Assembly (NCBI GenBank): GCA_963675785.1
Contig: OY776562.1
Coordinates: forward strand, 3,104,001-3,168,000
Origin: Anaerolineae bacterium
Lineage (GTDB): Bacteria > Chloroflexota > Anaerolineae > UBA1429
Direction of reading: 5' to 3'
DNA: 64,000 nucleotides
The translations under genes were made by a program, and so were the position numbers. The first letter of the stretch is position 1. Each line of letters starts with the position of its first letter. The notes under the pieces were generated by a model that saw only the letters and a program-made list of their open reading frames with translations, searched no databases and was not told where the DNA came from. This document shows positions 26,691 through 34,652 of this stretch, piece after piece.

Positions 26691-27824
26691 ATGTTGCGAG
26701 TGAAGAGATTGGGGGCATTGCCAAGTGCGCTACTGGCGATAGCCCTAGTTGCGGGTTGTTCGCCCAGGTGGGAGATTGGACTGACCATTGATGGGGATGT
26801 ACGTTCACCGCTTACTGGCCAGCAATGGAGCACGGCACTAGAAAGTTATCCGGATGAATGCGTTGAAGATAGTGTTCCCCTGGAACGGCTTTTATCCATG
26901 GCTTCTGTTCCGGCGGTAGAGTCAGTAAGCGTAGACGACCAATCATGGTATTGGGCCGATGTGTATGACGATGCCTGGGTAGAAAAGGGCGGTACGCTGG
27001 TCATCGCTGGTGAAAGCATAGAGACAAAAGATATTAGCATCGTTTTGCCGACACTTGATGCTTCGGTAACAGTTGAGCTGATAGATATTGCTCCCACAAT
27101 TGCTGGCGCGTTGGGAGTTCGTTCGCCGGAGGATACTGAGGGCCGTGCTGTAGCAGCTTTTGACGCCGAACATGTCGTCCATATTTTTTTGGATGGCTTT
27201 GGCTATGAGAACTATCAATCGGTTGTAGGTACGCGCACTACATCCTTTCTAGACAGCCTGGGCGCTCCGCGTATTGCCCGAACAGTTTACCCTAGTGCGA
27301 CCAAGGCCTCGACGGCCGCGATGATTACCGGCGCTTCGCCCACGGTGAATGGTGTTTCTTCTGGTGAACTGCGCACCACCGAAAGCGAGACGATCTTTCA
27401 GGTTCTGACTGAGGCAGGGCTTTCTAGTGTGGCCGTGGAAGGTTCATCTTTGGCTTTCAATCTGGTCTCGACAGAGATCATTGTCTCGGGTGACCGCGAC
27501 GATGACGGCTATTCGGACGACAATACTTATGAGAATGCCCTCGAAGTGATGAACGAGGGATTGCCCGATTTCCTCTGGGTGCATTTTCATGGAATCGACG
27601 ATGCTGGGCACACGTACGGTCCGTTAGCTGACGAGACGCTGGCTATGATGACACGCGTGGATGGCTATGTTTCTGATATCGTACAGCGATTACCCGAGGG
27701 AACTCTGGTGATCATTTGCGCCGATCATGGAATGCACGATGTGGTAGAAGATGGCCGTCTGGGGAACCACGGTTCCCTCTTGTCTCAGGATATGTATATT
27801 CCCTTCTGGACGATTCAACTCTGA
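26691..27824 (+). CDS. lipoprotein of the alkaline phosphatase superfamily (nucleotide pyrophosphatase/phosphodiesterase-like)
   Basis: Lipobox LVAGC; metal-ligand motifs FLDGFG, YPSAT (Thr nucleophile), DDAGH, ADHG, GNHG. Confidence 0.85.
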   Translation: MLRVKRLGALPSALLAIALVAGCSPRWEIGLTIDGDVRSPLTGQQWSTALESYPDECVEDSVPLERLLSMASVPAVESVSVDDQSWYWADVYDDAWVEKGGTLVIAGESIETKDISIVLPTLDASVTVELIDIAPTIAGALGVRSPEDTEGRAVAAFDAEHVVHIFLDGFGYENYQSVVGTRTTSFLDSLGAPRIARTVYPSATKASTAAMITGASPTVNGVSSGELRTTESETIFQVLTEAGLSSVAVEGSSLAFNLVSTEIIVSGDRDDDGYSDDNTYENALEVMNEGLPDFLWVHFHGIDDAGHTYGPLADETLAMMTRVDGYVSDIVQRLPEGTLVIICADHGMHDVVEDGRLGNHGSLLSQDMYIPFWTIQL

Positions 27825-27832
27825 GTATAATG

Positions 27833-27877
27833 AAAGGGCGGGGAAGAGATTGGCCTCTTCCCCGCCCTTTTTTTTAT
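27833..27877. terminator. intrinsic terminator between the two convergent riboswitch-controlled units
   Basis: AAAGGGCGGGGAAGAG-ATTGGC-CTCTTCCCCGCCCTTT followed by a long T-tract. Confidence 0.9.
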
Positions 27878-28353
27878 TCGACGACTTCGATACTCGTGAG
27901 TTTGTATAGCCAGCCATCGGCTGGTAGGTTGGGTATTACAACGCGAATAGGGGCGGTCTTGGTGTCGTCAGTGGTATAGACGCCATCCCTCTTCAAAGCG
28001 ATGATAGCCTGATCAAGATCCGAGATATTGACCTCCTTGGCATAGCCATCAGAGGCGGTGAGCAAGAGGCTGACGGCATTTTCACTCATGCCGGCTTCTT
28101 CCAAAATAGCCATCAGGTCGGGGCCTTCCCATGTGTTGGTCTCATTTTCGCCTTGCGACTTGCGCATGAGGACATTTTCGAGCACTACCTGATCCCGCTC
28201 AGTGAGATCCTGGTATGAGAGCGTAAGAGGCGTTTCTACGGCTCCAGTGATTTCTAGGTTCCAATCAACTTTGGGGGCACCATTACCGCAGCCTGTGGCA
28301 ACCAGCATGACGATGACAATAGCAACTACCATGGTAAGCGAGCGTTTTCTCAT
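27874..28353 (-). CDS. lipoprotein with a molybdopterin-binding (sulfite oxidase/MsrP-fold) domain lacking the Mo-ligating Cys
   Basis: Start MRKRSL with AAAGGA RBS; lipobox VATGC; WNLEITGAVETPLTLSYQDL, TWEG..L, ASDGY, PIRVVIP, WLYKLTSIEV. No Cys in the mature domain. Confidence 0.85.
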   Translation of the reverse strand: MRKRSLTMVVAIVIVMLVATGCGNGAPKVDWNLEITGAVETPLTLSYQDLTERDQVVLENVLMRKSQGENETNTWEGPDLMAILEEAGMSENAVSLLLTASDGYAKEVNISDLDQAIIALKRDGVYTTDDTKTAPIRVVIPNLPADGWLYKLTSIEVVE

Positions 28354-28448
28354 TTTGATCCTTTCGATATAGGAAGAATGCTCGCTCATGTCCGCCGTCG
28401 TGTTTGTACACAACAACACACAGCACGATTTTCGTGCTGCGATTGCGG

Positions 28449-28574
28449 TTCTCCTTTCCAAACACGGGCGGCATGAGCGTTTCCACTCAGACCGTTCGCC
28501 GGGCAATTGTGGTTGCCTGGCTGCGATCGCAGACCCTAGAGTTTTCTGTTCCGTAGGCCGTGCGATTCGGAGAA
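28449..28574 (-). ncRNA. Moco riboswitch with P3 stem (molybdenum-cofactor type)
   Basis: On the minus strand: P1 TTCTCC/GGAGAA, P2 ATCGCA/TGCGAT enclosing CCTACGG...TAGGG, P3 GCCAGGCAA/TTGCCCGGC (28521-28498), P4 TGAGT-GGAAAC-GCTCA, GCCGCCCG-TGTT-TGGAAAGGAG. Confidence 0.85.
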
Positions 28575-28593
28575 CAGTCTATTCACTAGGGCT

Positions 28594-28622
28594 ATTCTAA
28601 ACCATGGATTCTGTCTCGGCAA
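28594..28622 (-). promoter_or_regulatory. sigma70 promoter for the second Moco riboswitch unit
   Basis: TTGCCG-17bp-TAGAAT about 20 bp upstream of the aptamer. Confidence 0.65.
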
Positions 28623-28708
28623 CTTGGATTGCCATCTGGCGAACGGTGACGTAAGATAAACGAGCTATTTGGTTGACCGGGTCGCGTTATGTTTGCTTGA
28701 GGTGAAAA

Positions 28709-29473
28709 ATGATTTTGGATAAATTCAATCTGACGGGCAAGGTTGCTCTCGTTACGGGGGCAAGTCGGGGTTTGGGCCAGGGGATGGCCGTAGGATTGGC
28801 TGAAGCTGGCGCCGATGTGGTTGGTGTTGCGCGTAGTTCGTGCGACGAAACAGCCAAGCAGATCGAGGCACTGGGCAGACGTTTTCTACACATCCCTTTT
28901 GATTTGGCCTTGGCCAGTGTCCTAGATTTGAATGGCCTTGTTGACCAGGTTGTAGATGAGATGGGGGCTCTCAATATTTTGGTGAACGCCGCCGGCGTAA
29001 CAGCGCGTCATCCTTCGCTAGAATACCCTGAGGATGACTGGGACTTTGTGATGCAAGTCAACCTCAAAGCCTTGATGTTTCTTTCACAGGCAGCGGCCCG
29101 ACATTTCGTCAAGATCGGCGGTGGCAAGATCGTCAATGTAGCCTCGGCCTTGTCATTTCAAGGGGGGTATCTGGTGCCTTCTTATGCGGCCTCCAAGCAT
29201 GGTGTAGCGGGTGTTACCAAGGCTTTGGCCAACGAATTTGCTTCGATGAACATCAACGTGAATGCTATTGCTCCGGGCTATATGTTGACGGATATGACAG
29301 CACCGATTGAGGCTGACCCTGTGCGGAATCCCCAGATTATGGTGCGCATTCCAGCGGGTCGCTGGGGCTCGCCCGAAGATCTCAAAGGTGCAGTAGTTTA
29401 CCTTGCTTCGGATGCATCTGCCTATTGCCACGGCTCTACACTGGTAGTGGATGGCGCCTGGCTGAATCGCTAG
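28709..29473 (+). CDS. kduD: 2-dehydro-3-deoxy-D-gluconate 5-dehydrogenase-like SDR
   Basis: TGASRGLG, SFQGGYLVPSYAASKHGV, NAIAPGY, RIPAGRWG. Confidence 0.85.
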   Translation: MILDKFNLTGKVALVTGASRGLGQGMAVGLAEAGADVVGVARSSCDETAKQIEALGRRFLHIPFDLALASVLDLNGLVDQVVDEMGALNILVNAAGVTARHPSLEYPEDDWDFVMQVNLKALMFLSQAAARHFVKIGGGKIVNVASALSFQGGYLVPSYAASKHGVAGVTKALANEFASMNINVNAIAPGYMLTDMTAPIEADPVRNPQIMVRIPAGRWGSPEDLKGAVVYLASDASAYCHGSTLVVDGAWLNR

Positions 29474-29546
29474 TTTTCCACACGGGCCTGTTCGTTTGCT
29501 GCGTGCAGGCTCGTCTTTTTTAATTCTTGTAAATGCAGGGAGGAAT

Positions 29547-30839
29547 ATGGCAATCCGCAAGGGGGGGCGGAACCCGGAAAAACGCAATATAGCGCTTTCA
29601 GCCATCAATCAGTTTTTCGTTGAAGCGGGCATGACGGTCAGTGATGCCAGCATGGTGCTTTCCCTTTACCTTCGAGCCCTTGGCGGCTCCAATTTCCTTA
29701 TCGGACTCTTACCCTCACTTCGTTTCTTTGGTTGGCTTGTACCGCAATTCGTGATAGCAGGAACGCTAGAGCGCAAACGGCGTATGATGCCTACCATTCG
29801 TTTGCTTGAGGCTGTGCGCTTTACCTCTCTTTTTGCCGTCGCAGGCTTGACACTCGCTTGGGCAGATTCGAGACCCCGCCTGTTGATCTCTGTCTTTCTC
29901 GTTTTGTATATGGCAACGCGCGTGGCGGCGGGTTGTTCAGCGGTGGGACGGACCGAGATCATGGGACATATCGTTCCTCCGGACAAGCGCTCCTCACTTA
30001 TTTCGCTGAGGATGTTTGCTGGTGGCGTGGCTGGCTTTTTGAGCGGGTTCATCGTCAGCGCCTTACTGGATCCGAACCTAATCGATTTTCCTCAAAACTA
30101 TGCCATCCTCATTGGCCTCGCTGGCCTGTGCTTTGGTATTGCTGTACTCATCCTTGGTTTTGTCGATGAGCCAGAAAGAGAGCCCAAATGCGATGGTCTT
30201 TCACTTTTTGATCAGCTTCGTGCTGGGCCAGGTGTCATTCGCAAGGATAAACGATTCCGCAGGTATCTATTTGTTCGCCTGGGGGCTACTGGGTTTCAGA
30301 TCGCTTCTCCCTTTTATATCCTTTATGCTACCGAAGTTTTGGGTGCGCCCGATCTGATTGCCGGGGCCTATATCTCGATCCGAACTGCGTCTCGTGTCCT
30401 TTCGACACTTGGCTGGGGACGGTATTGCGAGCGGCACGGCGGTATGCGCTCGATGCGCTATGGCTTGGCTTTGGGCGGCTTGGCCTTGACGATTGTGACT
30501 TGTTTCCCATTCCTGGCCAACGCTTTTTGGTCCCAGGGAATTCCGACTTATGCGGCCTGGCTTTTCGGGATAGCATTTGTTGTTGAAGGAATGGCACTTG
30601 CTGCTCAGCAGGTGGGGAGTAATTCATATCTCTATCAAGTTGCGCCGGATGACCAAATTCCGACTTATTTTGGCCTTGCCAATACAGTCATGGGGCCGTT
30701 CTACTTTTTGCCAGCACTGGCTGGCGCATTACTTGGTATTGTTGGCTATCAAGCCATCTTTGCTTCGGCAGCGGTGTTCCTTTTCGGTGGCTCAGCAATG
30801 ACTTTTGTTCCAAGTTCTCAGACAAAGAAAAAGGGGTGA
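29547..30839 (+). CDS. MFS transporter
   Basis: About 12 hydrophobic segments; start MAIRK with GGGAGG RBS. Confidence 0.8.
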   Translation: MAIRKGGRNPEKRNIALSAINQFFVEAGMTVSDASMVLSLYLRALGGSNFLIGLLPSLRFFGWLVPQFVIAGTLERKRRMMPTIRLLEAVRFTSLFAVAGLTLAWADSRPRLLISVFLVLYMATRVAAGCSAVGRTEIMGHIVPPDKRSSLISLRMFAGGVAGFLSGFIVSALLDPNLIDFPQNYAILIGLAGLCFGIAVLILGFVDEPEREPKCDGLSLFDQLRAGPGVIRKDKRFRRYLFVRLGATGFQIASPFYILYATEVLGAPDLIAGAYISIRTASRVLSTLGWGRYCERHGGMRSMRYGLALGGLALTIVTCFPFLANAFWSQGIPTYAAWLFGIAFVVEGMALAAQQVGSNSYLYQVAPDDQIPTYFGLANTVMGPFYFLPALAGALLGIVGYQAIFASAAVFLFGGSAMTFVPSSQTKKKG

Positions 30840-30858
30840 GCTATTTGCTCACCCCTTT
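30828..30858. terminator. intrinsic terminator
   Basis: AAAGGGGTGAGC-TATTT-GCTCACCCCTTT between convergent genes. Confidence 0.75.
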
Positions 30859-30870
30859 AGGATCAACTGA

Positions 30871-31302
30871 TCAGTACCAACCGCTGTAGCGAGAAAAGTG
30901 CTCCGAGAAAAATTCGCCAACTTCTCCATTATTGTCGAGATCATAAGTCGGGATGGCGATCAGACCCGAATCGCTGTGATAGTAGACGGTCTCTGCACTA
31001 CGAAAGTCCATGATGACGTCTTCGCTGAAGCGATAATCGGGATAAAACTCTACAGAGAATTCACCATTGCCCTTGACGGTGACACGCTCAATGATGATAC
31101 CGCCATTTGGCAGGGCTCCTGAGGGAACCGTCACGGCAAAGCCGTTGACGTTCAGGGTGTAGGCGCGAGAACTGTGGGGCCAGACGATCATCAAACCCCA
31201 GGCAGTCCCTCTTGAGCCTGCCGAGGCCGCAAAAGGTGCAGCCAGCATAACGACGACCAAAAGTGTAAGAACGATTCTGCTGAACTTGTTATTGCGAAGC
31301 AT
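30871..31302 (-). CDS. small secreted protein, ZU5-like, with C-terminal HFS motif
   Basis: Signal peptide ending A-S-A; VTVPSGALP; ends EHFSRYSGWY; GGAGGG RBS. Confidence 0.7.
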   Translation of the reverse strand: MLRNNKFSRIVLTLLVVVMLAAPFAASAGSRGTAWGLMIVWPHSSRAYTLNVNGFAVTVPSGALPNGGIIIERVTVKGNGEFSVEFYPDYRFSEDVIMDFRSAETVYYHSDSGLIAIPTYDLDNNGEVGEFFSEHFSRYSGWY

Positions 31303-31437
31303 CTGGACCCTCCGTGTTTTGCTACCCCAATGTGCGGGAATAATTGCTTATTTGATTCATCCCCATGATACTCGCAGACATGTAGGCGAGAATAAAGGAA
31401 CAGTAAACCAAGAGTTAAAATAGCGTCAGGTCTTTGC

Positions 31438-33369
31438 TTACTTTTTGATACTTGTTTCCATGCTGCGAACGGTCAAGTAGGCAAGGAGGATCAAGAGGAG
31501 GGTAGCCCCAACAGCCAGGATATAGAGGTATGTTTGGTTCGTAGAAACGACCGAGGATTCGAATGTGAGCTTTTCACCCCAGGCCAGCAACTCTGAGGTG
31601 CTTTGGTCGGGCAGATCGACGTAAAATCGCCAATAGCTTGACGTCTGCGCCGTTTGCCAAGCGGATTTCTCGTCTGCCAGAACCGCAGCCAGTAATTGTG
31701 CTTCGGCTGTGGCGCTTGCAGAGGAGATGTTCTCTGTTTTAACCTCAATTTCTCGCCATTCAGCATAGTTTGTGGCTATTTCCCATGCTTCTGCCAACGC
31801 TACCGTGCTGATCTCCTCAGTAAATCCAAAAGAGGAGAGCAACCCCTGCTCCGTTGAAAAAGTCATGGCGCTTTCTGTAGGAAAGGCTGTTGTTAACGTT
31901 TGAACAATCAAAGTGGTGGGGACGGGCATCTTTGCCAGAGCCCTTTGGTTCAGTTCGGCGAGCTCATCAATGGAAGCATATGTCTCTGTCACAGTCATGA
32001 TTAGCGAAGATTCGGGCGAAATATCGATTGTGATGCCATCGACTCCCGTCAATATACTAGCCAGTGAAGTAAGCTCGGCGTGTGTTTGTTCTATCGTGGG
32101 TTCGTAAGGATCAAAATCCAAAACGATCTGCCGATAGGATTCTGTGGTCAGTACATCTACGCCCACGGAGCGAAACGGCGGTGCATATTCCAAGAGCTGG
32201 GCATAGTCGTTTTCGTCCAATAACTCTTGACTTTCTTCAATAGCTCGGTTTGTCTCTCCCTGGTTGGCAAGTTGAGCCAGCCATTCCAAATAGAGAGTTC
32301 TGGTTTCTTCTTCATCCAAGGCAAGGCCACCGAGATCTTGCGCGTATTCTAAATAGTGTAGAGCAGAAACTGGATCACCGTCTTCAGAAAGCTTGACGGC
32401 GATGCGATAGTAAATTTCGGCCAGAGAGGCATCTACGTCAAGCGAAGTATCGGCAGTTTTGGCTTGCTCGAGTTGATCTGCTGCAATCAGTAAATAGTTA
32501 AGGCTTTCGGCATTCACAGTGCTAGCTTTTTCTAACCATATATTGACCAACATGATTCTGGCGCTACTGTCCTGAGGATTGTTGTCGATGACGGTCTGCA
32601 ATTCTCCGGTCAGGCGATCCGTCCAATTCTCATCCTCAATGCCCAGATTTTCTGTTGCTTGTGTGATCTCCGATAGGAGGGCAGCTGTCGCCACATGATC
32701 TTGTTGTTCTTCAGCTGTACGCAACGAGGTCCATATTGCGGGAACCAGCATCACAACATGATGTGCAGGCAAGGCCTTTTCTTCGTATGACCAGAAAAAC
32801 TCTTTGCCGTCCAAGGCTTGGCCGTGTGGGAACATGGTGAAAAAGGCTTCGTCTGTGGCAATGGCACCATAATTCACACGTACCGAGGCACTGGCTGGGG
32901 TTCCCCAGTGCGACAAAAGGTCAGTTTGCGATTGCCAGTCAAGGATGATGGCGTTTTCGATGCCATAACTAGAGCGCATCCGTAAGGTTGTCTCGCCAGC
33001 AACCAGGCCGATAGTCCAAGTTTGGTTTTCACTTGCTGAAACTGCCGTTTGGTTCGCCGTGAGTTGCCGTGTTGGCTGAATGGCGCTCTCGGACTCGTAG
33101 TCAGGCAAGTACAATGTCACCGCTGTCAGGCTCTCGCTATCCAGAAGGTATTCCTGGGTGCAAACCACCTCGTTGACGCCGATCTCAACTTCTTGGATGT
33201 AGGCTTTTAACGTGACGCCAGAGGGCAAGTTGGCGGGCAATAGGGGCATGTCCTCGATAATGGCGATCGACGATTCGGCGGCAACAGATTGGGGCAGCAC
33301 AAATGCTGGCAACATAAATGCAGCCAACAAAATGATCATGGCGATTGCAAAACGAGGCGTATTTTTCAT
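31438..33369 (-). CDS. secreted, C-terminally anchored hypothetical protein with TPR-like helical region
   Basis: N-terminal signal peptide, acidic body, central Ala/Leu/Tyr helical repeats, C-terminal TM. Confidence 0.7.
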   Translation of the reverse strand: MKNTPRFAIAMIILLAAFMLPAFVLPQSVAAESSIAIIEDMPLLPANLPSGVTLKAYIQEVEIGVNEVVCTQEYLLDSESLTAVTLYLPDYESESAIQPTRQLTANQTAVSASENQTWTIGLVAGETTLRMRSSYGIENAIILDWQSQTDLLSHWGTPASASVRVNYGAIATDEAFFTMFPHGQALDGKEFFWSYEEKALPAHHVVMLVPAIWTSLRTAEEQQDHVATAALLSEITQATENLGIEDENWTDRLTGELQTVIDNNPQDSSARIMLVNIWLEKASTVNAESLNYLLIAADQLEQAKTADTSLDVDASLAEIYYRIAVKLSEDGDPVSALHYLEYAQDLGGLALDEEETRTLYLEWLAQLANQGETNRAIEESQELLDENDYAQLLEYAPPFRSVGVDVLTTESYRQIVLDFDPYEPTIEQTHAELTSLASILTGVDGITIDISPESSLIMTVTETYASIDELAELNQRALAKMPVPTTLIVQTLTTAFPTESAMTFSTEQGLLSSFGFTEEISTVALAEAWEIATNYAEWREIEVKTENISSASATAEAQLLAAVLADEKSAWQTAQTSSYWRFYVDLPDQSTSELLAWGEKLTFESSVVSTNQTYLYILAVGATLLLILLAYLTVRSMETSIKK

Positions 33370-33514
33370 GCGGCTCCCGAAGATGTCCAGACCTTGCAGT
33401 AGACACTATGCAGATAATAGCCGTCTGCGATGTTGCGGTCAATCGTGTGCCGGGGCATTGTAAGGTATTACCTGGGCATGCTATAATCGCGACACCCGTT
33501 GTAGGAGGTATTGG

Positions 33515-34633
33515 TTGAGCGCATCGGAAATTTCCCGTTGGCAACGCATCGTCATCAAAGTAGGAACCAGCACACTTACGGCTGGCCAAAAACGCTTGAA
33601 CCCACCCCGCATGGTTGATCTCTGTCGGCAGATTGCGGTTCTGCGCTCGTGGGGTGCGGATGTGGTGCTGGTTACCTCGGGGGCGCAGCAGGCTGGCCGC
33701 GAGCGCTTGGGGAATGGTCAAGAAGAGAGTGGCATTCCCTACAAGCAGATGCTGGCTGCTATTGGCCAGGGGCGTATCATGCAGTTCTGGGAGCAGTATT
33801 TTGAGCTGTACGAGATCATTGTGGGGCAGGTGCTGCTCACCCGCGAGGATATCGAGGATCGCAAGCGCTATTTGAGCGTGCGCGATACTTTTGAAACATT
33901 GCTCAAGCATGGCATTGTGCCGGTGGTGAACGAGAATGACGCCGTGGCTACTGACGAGATCAAGGTGGGCGAGAACGACAGCCTTTCGGCGCTGGTTGCT
34001 AATCTCATCGGCGCTGATTTGTTGGTGCTCCTCACCGATATCGACGGCCTTTACTCGGCGGATCCTTCTGTCAGTCCAGAGGCCGAACTCATCGGGCAGG
34101 TCGAGGTGATCGATGAGAGTATCTATGCTTTGGCCTCAGGCAGCAGATCTGGCCTTGGCACTGGCGGCATGTACACCAAGATTCTGGCCGCCGATATTGC
34201 CACGCATTCGGGTACTTCAGTGCTCATTACCAACGGTGGGCGGGACGGCGCACTGCTGGAGGCTCTCGCGGATCAAAAGGGTACCTGGTTTCCGGCGACT
34301 ATTACGCCTTCAGAAGGGCGTAAACGCTGGCTGTTGACCCAAAAAGGGGATGCCAGTGGTGTGATCGTGGACGATGGCGCGGCCAAGGCTATCAAGTCCG
34401 GCGGCACGAGCTTGTTGGCGGTCGGTGTCAAAGGCATCGTTGGCTCCTTTGAGCGCGGTAGTGTCATTGCGGTACATACGGGCTCGGGTGGAGTGATTGC
34501 CCGCGGCCTGGCCAATTATTCTGCTACTGATGTATCCCAAATTGCTGGCAAACGATCGGGAGACATCCAGAATATTCTCGGATACGATTACGGTCCAGAG
34601 ATTGTTCACTGCGACAACATGATTCTGCTTTAA
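33515..34633 (+). CDS. proB: glutamate 5-kinase
   Basis: VIKVGTS, VTSGA, NENDAV, GTGGMYTK, C-terminal PUA domain. Confidence 0.96.
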   Translation: MSASEISRWQRIVIKVGTSTLTAGQKRLNPPRMVDLCRQIAVLRSWGADVVLVTSGAQQAGRERLGNGQEESGIPYKQMLAAIGQGRIMQFWEQYFELYEIIVGQVLLTREDIEDRKRYLSVRDTFETLLKHGIVPVVNENDAVATDEIKVGENDSLSALVANLIGADLLVLLTDIDGLYSADPSVSPEAELIGQVEVIDESIYALASGSRSGLGTGGMYTKILAADIATHSGTSVLITNGGRDGALLEALADQKGTWFPATITPSEGRKRWLLTQKGDASGVIVDDGAAKAIKSGGTSLLAVGVKGIVGSFERGSVIAVHTGSGGVIARGLANYSATDVSQIAGKRSGDIQNILGYDYGPEIVHCDNMILL

Positions 34634-34652
34634 GCGGGTTGGGAGGACGACC

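Noticed and set aside
28354-28506. N-terminal extension of the 210-aa ORF in the track
   Set aside because: It runs through the riboswitch; the real start is ATG 28353 with an RBS and a lipoprotein signal.
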